Made by a program: the position numbers and the translations under genes | Notes under the pieces: model-generated | Databases searched by the model: none | Told to the model about the DNA's origin: nothing | The model's input: the letters and a program-made list of their open reading frames with translations, nothing else | From: Auanema rhodensis | Taxonomy: Eukaryota; Animalia; Nematoda | DNA length: 64,000 bases | Reading direction: 5' to 3' | NCBI GenBank assembly: GCA_964057225.1 | Contig: OZ059899.1 | Span: forward strand, 19,592,001-19,656,000 | Shown here: piece by piece, positions 26,201-39,300 of the stretch | Numbering within the stretch: position 1 is the stretch's first letter | How the letters are laid out: each line of letters starts with the position of its first letter

Positions 26201-29200
26201 ACTAATTTTTGTATTGAGCGTTTCTCAATGTAGTATAATGCACTCGATGCGGATTTTTAAGCTGCTTCGATCTGTGTTATCAGATTTGCGCTAGCTTAAA
26301 AATGCACCGAGATATCAACTGATATAAGTTCACACTTATATCCTCGATTTTCACCCTGAAGAATTAATTTTTTTGTTGAATAACATTGTCCATCGTCTTC
26401 GCCTTGAAAAAAGAAATCTAAAAACATCTACTTTTTGTGAAATTATTTTGAAATTTTTCGGAAAAATTTTTGTCAAAATGTTTTTGGAAGCAATGTTGAG
26501 TGTACATGGAAACTCAACATACACTAATACATCATTTTCTAAACGATCATAACTAATTTTTGTATTGAGGGTTTCTCAATGTAATATAGTGCATTCGATG
26601 CGGATTTTTAAGCTGCGTCGATCTATGTTATCAGATTTGCGCTATCTTTAAAATGCACCGAGATATCAACTGTTATAAGTTCACACTTATATCCTCGATT
26701 TTCACCCTGAAGAATTAATTTTTTTGTTGAATAACATTGTCCATCGTCTTCGCCTTGAAAAAAGAAATCTAAAAACATCTACTTTTTGTGAAATTATTTT
26801 GAAATTTTTCGGAAAAATTTTTGTCAAAATGTTTTTGGAAGCAATGTTGAGTGTACATGGAAACTCAACATACACTAATACATCATTTTCTAAACGATCA
26901 TAACTAATTTTTGTATTGAGGGTTTCTCAATGTAATATAGTGCATTCGATGCGGATTTTTAAGCTGCGTCGATCTGTGTTATCAGATTTGCGCTAGCTTA
27001 AAAATGCACCGAGATATCAACTGATATAAGTTCACACTTATATCCTCGATTTTCACCCTGAAGAATTAATTTTTTCGTTGAATAACATTGTCCATCGTCT
27101 TTGCCTTGAAAAAAGGAATCTAAAAACAACTACTTTTTGTGAAATTATTTCGAAATTTTTAGGTAAAATTTTTGTCAAAATGTTTTTGAAAGCAATGTTG
27201 AGTGTACATGGAAACTCAACATACACTAATGCATCATTTTTCAAACGATCATGACTAATTTTTGTATTGAGCGTTTCTCAATGTAGTATAATGCACTCGA
27301 TGCGGATTTTTAAGCTGCGTCGATCTGTGTTATCAGATTTGCGCTAGCTTAAAAATGCACCGAGATATCAACTGATATAAGTTCACACTTATATCCTCGA
27401 TTTTCACCCTGAAGAATTAATTTTTTCGTTGAATAACATTGTCCATCGTCTTTGCCTTGAAAAAAGGAATCTAAAAACAACTACTTTTTGTGAAATTATT
27501 TCGAAATTTTTAGGTAAAATTTTTGTCAAAATGTTTTTGAAAGCAATGTTGAGTGTACATGGAAACTCAACATACACTAATGCATCATTTTTCAAACGAT
27601 CATGACTAATTTTTGTATTGAGCGTTTCTCAATGTAGTATAATGCACTCGATGCGGATTTTTAAGCTGCGTCGATCTGTGTTATCAGATTTGCACTAGCT
27701 TAAAAATGAACCGAGATATCAACTGATATAAGTTCACACTTATATCCTCGATTTTCACCCTGAAAAATTGATTTTTTCGTTGAATAACATTGTCCATCGT
27801 CTTCGCCTTGAAAAAAGGAATCTAAAAACATCTACTTTTTGTGAAATTATTTTGAAATTTTTAGGGAAAATTTTGGTCAAAATGTTTTTGGAAGCAATGT
27901 TGAGTGTACATGGAAACTCAACATACACTAATGCATCATTTTTCAAACGATCATAACTAATTTTTGTATTAAGAGTTTCTCAATGTAGTATAGTGCATTC
28001 GATGCGGATTTTTAAGCTGCGTCGATCTGTGTTATCAGATTTGCGCTAGCTTAAAAATGCACCGAGATATCAACTGATATAAGTTTACACTTATATCCTC
28101 GATTTTCACCCTGGAGAATTAATTTTTTCGTTGAATAACAATGTCCATCGTCTTCGCCTTAAAAAAAAAATCTAAAAACATCTACTTTTTGTGAAATTAT
28201 TTTGAAATTTTTAGGGAAAATTTTGGTCAAAATGTTTTTGGAAGCAATGTTGAGTGTACATGAAAACTCAACATACACTAATGCATCATTTTTCAAACGA
28301 TCATAACTAATTTTTGTATTGAGCGTTTCTCAATGTAGTATAGTGCATTCGATGCGGATTTTTAAGCTGCGTCGATCTATGTTATCAGATTTGCGCTATC
28401 TTTAAAATGCACCGAGATATCAACTGTTATAAGTTCACACTTATATCCTCGATTTTCACCCTGAAGAATTAATTTTTTTGTTGAATAACATTGTCCATCG
28501 TCTTCGCCTTGAAAAAAGAAATCTAAAAACATCTACTTTTTGTGAAATTATTTTGAAACTTTTCGGAAAAATTTTTGTCAAAATGTTTTTGGAAGCAATG
28601 TTGAGTGTACATGGAAACTCAACATACACTAATACATCATTTTCTAAACGATCATAACTAATTTTTGTATTGAGGGTTTCTCAATGTAATATAGTGCATT
28701 CGATGCGGATTTTTAAGCTGCGTCGATCTGTGTTATCAGATTTGCGCTAGCTTAAAAATGCACCGAGATATCAACTGATATAAGTTCACACTTATAATCT
28801 CGATTTTCACCCTGAAGAATTAATTTTTTCGTTGAATAACATTGTCCATCGTTTTTGCCTTGAAAAAAGGAATCTAAAAACATCTACTTTTTGTGAAATT
28901 ATTTTGATATTTTTAGGCAAAATTTTTGTCAAAATGTTTTTGGAAGCAATGTTGAGTGTACATGGAAACTCAACATACACTAATGCATCATTTTTCAAAC
29001 GATCATAACTAATTTTTGTATTAAGCGTTTCTCAATGTTGTATAGTGCATTCGATGCGGATTTTTAAGCTGCGTCGATCTGTGTTATCAGATTTGCGCTA
29101 GCTTAAAAATGCACCGAGATATCAACTGATATAAGTTTACACTTATAATCTCGATTTTCACCCTGAAGAATTAATTTTTTCGTTGAATAACATTGTCCAT

Positions 29201-32200
29201 CGTTTTTGCCTTGAAAAAAGGAATCTAAAAACATCTACTTTTTGTGAAATTATTTTGATATTTTTAGGCAAAATTTTTGTCAAAATGTTTTTGAAAGCAA
29301 TGTTGAGTGTACATGGAAACTCAACATACACTAATGCATCATTTTTCAAACAATCATAAATAATTTTTGTATTGAGCGTTTCTCAATGTAGTATAATGCA
29401 CTCGATGCGGATTTTTAAGCTGCGTCGATCTGTGTTATCAGATTTGCACTAGCTTAAAAATGCACCGAGATATCAACTGATATAAGTTCACACTTATATC
29501 CTCGATTTTCACCCTGAAGAATTAATTTTTTCGTTGAATAACATTGTCCATCATCTTCGCCTTGAAAAAAGGAATCTAAAAACAACTACTTTTTGTGAAA
29601 TTATTTCGAAATTTTTAGGTAAAATTTTTGTCAAAATGTTTTTGAAAGCAATGTTGAGTGTACATGGAAACTCAACATACACTAATGCATCATTTTTCAA
29701 ACGATCATGACTAATTTTTGTATTGAGCGTTTCTCAATGTAGTATAATGCACTCGATGCGGATTTTTAAGCTGCGTCGATCTGTGTTATCAGATTTGCAC
29801 TAGCTTAAAAATGAACCGAGATATCAACTGATATAAGTTCACACTTATATCCTCGATTTTCACCCTGAAGAATTAATTTTTTCGTTGAGTAACATTGTCC
29901 ATCATCTTCGCCTTGAAAAAAGGAATCTAAAAACAACTACTTTTTGTGAAATTATTTCGAAATTTTTAGGCAAAATTTTTGTCAAAATGTTTTTGAAAGC
30001 AATGTTGAGTGTACATGGAAACTCAACATACACTAATGCATCATTTTTCAAACGATCATGACTAATTTTTGTATTGAGCGTTTCTCAATGTAGTATAATG
30101 CACTCGATGCGGAGTTTTAAGCTGCTTCGATCTGTGTTATCAGATTTGCGCTAGCTTAAAAATGCACCGAGATATCAACTGATATAAGTTCACACTTATA
30201 TCCTCGATTTTCACCCTGAAGAATTAATTTTTTCGTTGAATAACATTGTCCATCATCTTCGCCTTGAAAAAGGGAATCTAAAAACGACTACTTTTTGTGA
30301 AATTATTTTGAAATTTTTAGGTAAAATTTTTGTCAAAATGTTTTTGAAAGCAATGTTGAGTGTACATGGAAACTCAACATACACTAATGCATCATTTTTC
30401 AAACGATCATAACTAATTTTTGTATTGAGCGTTTCTCAATGTAGTATAGTGCATTCGATGCGGATTTTTAAGCTGCGTCGATCTATGTTATCAGATTTGC
30501 GCTATCTTTAAAATGCACCGAGATATCAACTGTTATAAGTTCACACTTATATCCTCGATTTTCACCCTGAAGAATTAATTTTTTTGTTGAATAACATTGT
30601 CCATCGTCTTCGCCTTGAAAAAAGAAATCTAAAAACATCTACTTTTTGTGAAATTATTTTGAAATTTTTCGGGAAAATTTTTGTCAAAATGTTTTTGGAA
30701 GCAATGTTGAGTGTACATGGAAACTCAACATACACTAATACATCATTTTCTAAACGATCATAACTAATTTTTGTATTGAGGGTTTCTCAATGTAATATAG
30801 TGCATTCGATGCGGATTTTTAAGCTGCGTCGATCTGTGTTATCAGATTTGCACTAGCTTAAAAATGCACCGAGATATCAACTGATATAAGTTCACACTTA
30901 TATCCTCGATTTTCACCCTGAAGAATTAATTTTTTCGTTGAATAACATTGTCCATCATCTTCGCCTTGAAAAAAGGAACCTAAAAACAACTACTTTTTGT
31001 GAAATTATTTTGAAATTTTTAGGTAAAATTTTTGTCAAAATGTTTTTGAAAGCAATGTTGAGTGTACATGGAAACTCAACATACACTAATGCATCATTTT
31101 TCAAACGATCATGACTAATTTTTGTATTGAGCGTTTCTCAATGTAGTATAATGCACTCGATGCGGAGTTTTAAGCTGCTTCGATCTGTGTTATCAGATTT
31201 GCGCTAGCTTAAAAATGCACCGAGATATCAACTGATATAAGTTCACACTTATATCCTCGATTTTCACCCTGAAGAATTAATTTTTTCGTTGAATAACATT
31301 GTCCATCGTCTTCGCCTTGAAAAAAGAAATCTAAAAACATCTACTTTTTGTGAAATTATTTTGAAATTTTTCGGGAAAATTTTTGTCAAAATGTTTTTGG
31401 AAGCAATGTTGAGTGTACATGGAAACTCAACATACACTAATGCATCATTTTTCAAACAATCATAAATAATTTTTGTATTGAGCGTTTCTCAATGTAGTAT
31501 AATGCACTCGATGCGGATTTTTAAGCTGCGTCGATCTGTGTTATCAGATTTGCACTAGCTTAAAAATGCACCGAGATATCAACTGATATAAGTTCACACT
31601 TATATCCTCGATTTTCACCCTGAAGAATTAATTTTTTCGTTGAATAACATTGTCCATCATCTTCGCCTTGAAAAAAGGAATCTAAAAACAACTACTTTTT
31701 GTGAAATTATTTCGAAATTTTTAGGTAAAATTTTTGTCAAAATGTTTTTGAAAGCAATGTTGAGTGTACATGGAAACTCAACATACACTAATGCATCATT
31801 TTTCAAACGATCATGACTAATTTTTGTATTGAGCGTTTCTCAATGTAGTATAATGCACTCGATGCGGATTTTTAAGCTGCGTCGATCTGTGTTATCAGAT
31901 TTGCACTAGCTTAAAAATGAACCGAGATATCAACTGATATAAGTTCACACTTATATCCTCGATTTTCACCCTGAAGAATTAATTTTTTCGTTGAGTAACA
32001 TTGTCCATCATCTTCGCCTTGAAAAAAGGAATCTAAAAACAACTACTTTTTGTGAAATTATTTCGAAATTTTTAGGCAAAATTTTTGTCAAAATGTTTTT
32101 GAAAGCAATGTTGAGTGTACATGGAAACTCAACATACACTAATGCATCATTTTTCAAACGATCATGACTAATTTTTGTATTGAGCGTTTCTCAATGTAGT

Positions 32201-35200
32201 ATAATGCACTCGATGCGGAGTTTTAAGCTGCTTCGATCTGTGTTATCAGATTTGCGCTAGCTTAAAAATGCACCGAGATATCAACTGATATAAGTTCACA
32301 CTTATATCCTCGATTTTCACCCTGAAGAATTAACTTTTTCGTTGAATAACATTGTCCATCATCTTCGCCTTGAAAAAGGGAATCTAAAAACGACTACTTT
32401 TTGTGAAATTATTTTGAAATTTTTAGGTAAAATTTTTGTCAAAATGTTTTTGAAAGCAATGTTGAGTGTACATGGAAACTCAACATACACTAATGCATCA
32501 TTTTTCAAACGATCATAACTAATTTTTGTATTGAGCGTTTCTCAATGTAGTATAGTGCATTCGATGCGGATTTTTAAGCTGCGTCGATCTATGTTATCAG
32601 ATTTGCGCTATCTTTAAAATGCACCGAGATATCAACTGTTATAAGTTCACACTTATATCCTCGATTTTCACCCTGAAGAATTAATTTTTTTGTTGAATAA
32701 CATTGTCCATCGTCTTCGCCTTGAAAAAAGAAATCTAAAAACATCTACTTTTTGTGAAATTATTTTGAAATTTTTCGGGAAAATTTTTGTCAAAATGTTT
32801 TTGGAAGCAATGTTGAGTGTACATGGAAACTCAACATACACTAATACATCATTTTCTAAACGATCATAACTAATTTTTGTATTGAGGGTTTCTCAATGTA
32901 ATATAGTGCATTCGATGCGGATTTTTAAGCTGCGTCGATCTGTGTTATCAGATTTGCACTAGCTTAAAAATGCACCGAGATATCAACTGATATAAGTTCA
33001 CACTTATATCCTCGATTTTCACCCTGAAGAATTAATTTTTTCGTTGAATAACATTGTCCATCATCTTCGCCTTGAAAAAAGGAACCTAAAAACAACTACT
33101 TTTTGTGAAATTATTTTGAAATTTTTAGGTAAAATTTTTGTCAAAATGTTTTTGAAAGCAATGTTGAGTGTACATGGAAACTCAACATACACTAATGCAT
33201 CATTTTTCAAACGATCATGACTAATTTTTGTATTGAGCGTTTCTCAATGTAGTATAATGCACTCGATGCGGATTTTTAAGCTGCTTCGATCTGTGTTATC
33301 AGATTTGCGCTAGCTTAAAAATGCACCGAGATATCAACTGATATAAGTTCACACTTATATCCTCGATTTTCACCCTGAAGAATTAATTTTTTCGTTGAAT
33401 AACAATGTCCATCATCTTCGCCTTGAAAAAAGGAACCTAAAAACATCTACTTTTTGTGAAATTATTTTGAAATTTTTAGGCAAAATTTTTGTCAAAATGT
33501 TTTTGAAAGCAATGTTGAGTGTACATGGAAACTCAACATACACTAATGCATCATTTTTCAAACGATCATAACTAATTTTTGTATTTGGCGTTTCTTAATG
33601 TAGTATAGTGCATTCTATGCGGATTTTTAAGCTGCGTCGATCTGTGTTATCAGATTTGCGCTAGCTTAAAAATGCACCGAGATATCAACTGATATAAGTT
33701 CACACTTATATCCTCGATTTTCACCCTGAAGAATTGATTTTTTTGTTGAATAACATTGTCCATCATCTTCGCCTTGAAAAAAGGAACCTAAAAACATCTA
33801 CTTTTTGTGAAATTATTTTGAAATTTTTAGGCAAAATTTTTGTCAAAATGTTTTTGAAAGCAATGTTGAGTGTACATGGAAACTCAACATACACTAATGC
33901 ATCATTTTTCAAACGATCATAACTAATTTTTGTATTTGGCGTTTCTTAATGTAGTATAGTGCATTCGATGCGGATTTTTAAGCTGCGTCGATCTGTGTTA
34001 TCAGATTTGCGCTAGCTTAAAAATGCACCGAGATATCAACTGATATAAGTTCACACTTATATCCTCGATTTTCACCCTGAAGAATTAATTTTTTCGTTGA
34101 ATAACAATGTCCATCATCTTCGCCTTGAAAAAAGGAACCTAAAAACATCTACTTTTTGTGAAATTATTTTGAAATTTTTAGGCAAAATTTTTGTCAAAAT
34201 GTTTTTGAAAGCAATGTTGAGTGTACATGGAAACTCAACATACACTAATGCATCATTTTTCAAACAATCATAAATAATTTTTGTATTGAGCGTTTCTCAA
34301 TGTAGTATAATGCACTCGATGCGGATTTTTAAGCTGCGTCGATCTGTGTTATCAGATTTGCACTAGCTTAAAAATGCACCGAGATATCAACTGATATAAG
34401 TTCACACTTATATCCTCGATTTTCACCCTGAAGAATTAATTTTTTCGTTGAGTAACATTGTCCATCATCTTCGCCTTGAAAAAAGGAATCTAAAAACAAC
34501 TACTTTTTGTGAAATTATTTCGAAATTTTTAGGCAAAATTTTTGTCAAAATGTTTTTGAAAGCAATGTTGAGTGTACATGGAAACTCAACATACACTAAT
34601 GCATCATTTTTCAAACGATCATGACTAATTTTTGTATTGAGCGTTTCTCAATGTAGTATAATGCACTCGATGCGGATTTTTAAGCTGCGTCGATCTGTGT
34701 TATCAGATTTGCACTAGCTTAAAAATGCACCGAGATATCAACTGATATAAGTTCACACTTATATCCTCGATTTTCACCCTGAAGAATTAATTTTTTCGTT
34801 GAATAACATTGTCCATCATCTTCGCCTTGAAAAAGGGAATCTAAAAACGACTACTTTTTGTGAAATTATTTCGAAATTTTTAGGTAAAGTTTTTGTCAAA
34901 ATGTTTTTGAAAGCAATGTTGAGTGTACATGGAAACTCAACATACACTAATGCATCATTTTTCAAACGATCATGACTAATTTTTGTATTGAGCGTTTCTC
35001 AATGTAGTATAATGCACTCGATGCGGATTTTTAAGCTGCTTCGATCTGTGTTATCAGATTTGCGCTAGCTTAAAAATGCACCGAGATATCAACTGATATA
35101 AGTTCACACTTATATCCTCGATTTTCACCCTGAAGAATTAATTTTTTCGTTGAATAACAATGTCCATCATCTTCGCCTTGAAAAAAGGAACCTAAAAACA

Positions 35201-36298
35201 TCTACTTTTTGTGAAATTATTTTGAAATTTTTAGGCAAAATTTTTGTCAAAATGTTTTTGAAAGCAATGTTGAGTGTACATGGAAACTCAACATACACTA
35301 ATGCATCATTTTTCAAACGATCATAACTAATTTTTGTATTTGGCGTTTCTTAATGTAGTATAGTGCATTCGATGCGGATTTTTAAGCTGCGTCGATCTGT
35401 GTTATCAGATTTGCGCTAGCTTAAAAATGCACCGAGATATCAACTGATATAAGTTCACACTTATATCCTCGATTTTCACCCTGAAGATATAATTTTTTCG
35501 TTGAATAACAATGTCCATCATCTTCGCCTTGAAAAAAGGAACCTAAAAACATCTACTTTTTGTGAAATTATTTTGAAATTTTTAGGAAAAATTTTTGTCA
35601 AAATGTTTTTGAAAGCAATGTTGAGTGTACATGGAAACTCAACATACACTAATGCATCATTTTTCAAACGATCATAACTAATTTTTGTATTTGGCGTTTC
35701 TTAATGTAGTATAGTGCATTCGATGCGGATTTTTAAGCTGCGTCGATCTGTGTTATCAGATTTGCGCTAGCTTAAAAATGCACCGAGATATCAACTGATA
35801 TAAGTTCACACTTATATCCTCGATTTTCACCCTGAAGAATTAATTTTTTCGTTGAATAACATTGTCCATCATCTTCGCCTTGAAAAAGGGAATCTAAAAA
35901 CGACTACTTTTTGTGAAATTATTTCGAAATTTTTAGGTAAAATTTTTGTCAAAATGTTTTTGAAAGCAATGTTGAGTGTACATGGAAACTCAACATACAC
36001 TAATGCATCATTTTTCAAACGATCATGACTAATTTTTGTATTGAGCGTTTCTCAATGTAGTATAGTGCATTCGATGCGGATTTTTAAGCTGCGTCGATCT
36101 GTGTTATCAGATTTGCACTAGCTTAAAAATGAACCGAGATATCAACTGATATAAGTTCACACTTATATCCTCGATTTTCACCCTGAAGAATTAATTTTTT
36201 CGTTGAATAACATTGTCCATCGTCTTCGCCTTGAAAAAAGGAATCTAAAAACATCTACTTTTTGTGAAATTATTTTGAAATTTTTAGGCAAAATTTTT
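17228..36298 (+). repeat. Satellite array SatB (forward), 351-bp monomer, ~54 copies
   Basis: The monomer starts caccctgaagaattaatttt at 17228, 17579 ... 36179. ORF-track hits are spaced by multiples of 351. Occasional 350-bp monomers occur (ccttaaaaaaaaaatct variant near 20790, 21842, 28159). Confidence 0.99.
29340..33350 (+). repeat. SatB tandem 6-mer duplication (2106-bp offset)
   Basis: Paired variants: caatcataaat 29351/31457, ttcgttgagtaac 29881/31987, ggagtttt 30111/32217. Confidence 0.85.
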
Positions 36299-36352
36299 TG
36301 CTCTAGCTTTAAGATTTTTGCTACTACATGCCCTGTGTTTACTGCTCTTCAA
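36291..36352. other. SatB/SatC junction with a rearranged first SatC monomer
   Basis: The sequence reads SatB ...ggcaaaattttt | tgctctagct | ttaagatttttgctactacatgccctgtgtttactgctct^tcaatttt. It lacks 9 bp (agctagttt) relative to intact monomers such as 42121-42180. Confidence 0.88.
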
Positions 36353-39300
36353 TTTTTATGAGATTTTTCATCATCTTACAACAAATTCAATTGAATCTAA
36401 CATGAAATATTTTTTCGTTTTGAAAAGCATTGAATATCATTGTTCCTTGTAATATTGGATTTGAATATTGCTTCGTTAGTTTTATGATTTTTGCTACTAC
36501 ATGTCATGTGTTTACTGCTCTAGCTGGTGTTCACTTTTTATGAGATTTTTCATCATCTTACAACAAATTCAATTGAATCTAACATGAAATATTTTTTCGT
36601 TTTGAAAAGCATTGAATATCATTGTACCTTGTAATATTGTATTTGATTATTGCTTTGTTAGCTTCATGATTTTTGCTACTGTATAGCTTCAGTTTGCTGC
36701 TCTAGCTGGTTTTCAATTTTTATGAGATTTTGCATCATCTTACAACAAATTCAATTAAATCTAACATGAAATGTTTTTTCGTTTTGAAAAGCATTGAATA
36801 TCATTGTTCCTTATAATATTGGATTTGAATATTGCTTCGATAGTTTTATGATTTTTGCTACTACATGTCATGTGTTTACTGCTCTAGCTGGTTTTCAATT
36901 TTTATGGGATATTTCATCATCTTACAACAAATTCAATTGAATCTAACATGAAATATTTTTTCGTTTTGAAAAGCATTGAATATCATTGTTCCTTATAATA
37001 TTGGATTTGAATATTGCTTCGATAGTTTTATGATTTTTGCTACTACATGTCATGTGTTTACTGCTCTAGCTGGTTTTCAATTTTTATGAGATTTTTCATC
37101 ATCTTACAACAAATTCAATTGAATCTAACATGAGTTATTTTTTCGTTTTGAAAAGCATTGAATATCATTGTTCCTTGTAATATTGGATTTGATTATTGCT
37201 TTGTTAGCTTTATGATTTTTGCTACTGTATAGCTTCAGTTTGCTGCTCTAGCTGGTTTTCAATTTTTATGAGATTTTGCATCATCTTACAACAAATTCAA
37301 TTAAATCTAACATGAAATATTTTTTCGTTTTGAAAAGCATTGAATATCATTGTTCCTTATAATATTGGATTTGAATATTGCTTCGTTAGTTTTATGATTT
37401 TTGCTACTACATGTCATGTGTTTACTGCTCTAGCTGGATTTCAATTTTTATGAGATTTTTCATCATCTTACAACAAATTCAATTGAATCTAACATGAGTT
37501 ATTTTTTCGTTTTGAAAAGCATTGAATATCATTGTTCCTTGTAATATTGGATTTGATTATTGCTTTGTTAGCTTTATGATTTTTGCTACTGTGTAGCTTC
37601 AGTTTGCTGCTCTAGCTGGTTTTCAATTTTTATGAGATATTTCATCATCTTACAACAAATTCAATCGAATCTAACATGAAATATTTTTTCGTTTTGAAAA
37701 GCATTGAATATCATTGTTCCTTGTAATATTGGATTTGATTATTGCTTTGTTAGCTTTATGATTTTTGCTACTGTGTAGCTTCAGTTTGCTGCTCTAGCTG
37801 GTTTTCAATTTTTATGAGATATTTCATCATCTTACAACAAATTCAATTGAATCTAACATGAAATATTTTTTCGTTTTGAAAAGCATTGAATATCATTGTT
37901 CCTTGTAATATTGGATTTGATTATTGCTTTGTTAGCTTCATGATTTTTGCTACTGTATAGCTTCAGTTTGCTGCTCTAGCTGGTTTTCAATTTTTATGAG
38001 ATTTTTCATCATCTTACAAGAAATTCAATTGAATCTAACATGAATTTTTTTTTCGTTTTGAAAAGCATTGAATATCATTGTTCCTTGTAATATTGGATTT
38101 GAATATTGCTTCGTTAGTTTTATGATTTTTGCTACTACATGTCATGTGTTTACTGCTCTAGCTGGTTTTCAATTTTTATGAGATTTTTCATCATCTTACA
38201 ACAAATTCAATTGAATCTAACATGAGTTATTTTTTCGTTTTGAAAAGCATTGAATATCATTGTTCCTTATAATATTGGATTTGAATATTGCTTCGATAGT
38301 TTTATGATTTTTGCTACTACATGTCATGTGTTTACTGCTCTAGCTGGTTTTCAATTTTTATGAGATTTTTCATCATCTTACAACAAATTCAATTGAATCT
38401 AACATGAGTTATTTTTTCGTTTTGAAAAGCATTGAATATCATTGTTCCTTATAATATTGGATTTGATTATTGCTTTGTTAGCTTTATGATTTTTGCTACT
38501 GTGTAGCTTCAGTTTGCTGCTCTAGCTGGTTTTCAATTTTTATGAGATATTTCATCATCTTACAATAAATTCAATTGAATCTAACATGAAATATTTTTTC
38601 GTTTTGAAAAGCATTGAATATCATTGTTCCTTGTAATATTGGATTTGAATATTGCTTTGTTAGCTTTAAGATGTTTGCTTATGCATAGCTTCAGTTTGCT
38701 GCTCTAGCTGGTTTTCACTTTTTATGAGATTTTTCATCATCTTACAACAAATTCAATTGAATCTAACATGAAATATTTTTTCGTTTTGAAAAGCATTGAA
38801 TATCATTGTTCCTTATAATATTGGATTTGAATATTGCTTCGATAGTTTTATGATTTTTGCTACTACATGTCATGTGTTTACTGCTCTAGCTGGTTTTCAA
38901 TTTTTATGAGATTTTTCATCATCTTACAACAAATTCAATTGAATCTAACATGAGTTATTTTTTCGTTTTGAAAAGCATTGAATATCATTGTTCCTTGTAA
39001 TATTGGATTTGATTATTGCTTTGTTAGCTTTATGATTTTTGCTACTGTATAGCTTCAGTTTGCTGCTCTAGCTGGTTTTCAATTTTTATGAGATTTTGCA
39101 TCATCTTACAACAAATTCAATTAAATCTAACATGAAATATTTTTTCGTTTTGAAAAGCATTGAATATCATTGTTCCTTATAATATTGGATTTGAATATTG
39201 CTTCGATAGTTTTATGATTTTTGCTACTACATGTCATGTGTTTACTGCTCTAGCTGGTTTTCAATTTTTATGAGATTTTTCATCATCTTACAACAAATTC

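Noticed and set aside
36413-36430. CENP-B-box-like motif tttcgttttgaaaagca in SatC (and cttcgccttgaaaaagg in SatB)
   Set aside because: Only TTCG matches; the essential A and CGGG positions of TTCGnnnnAnnCGGG are missing.
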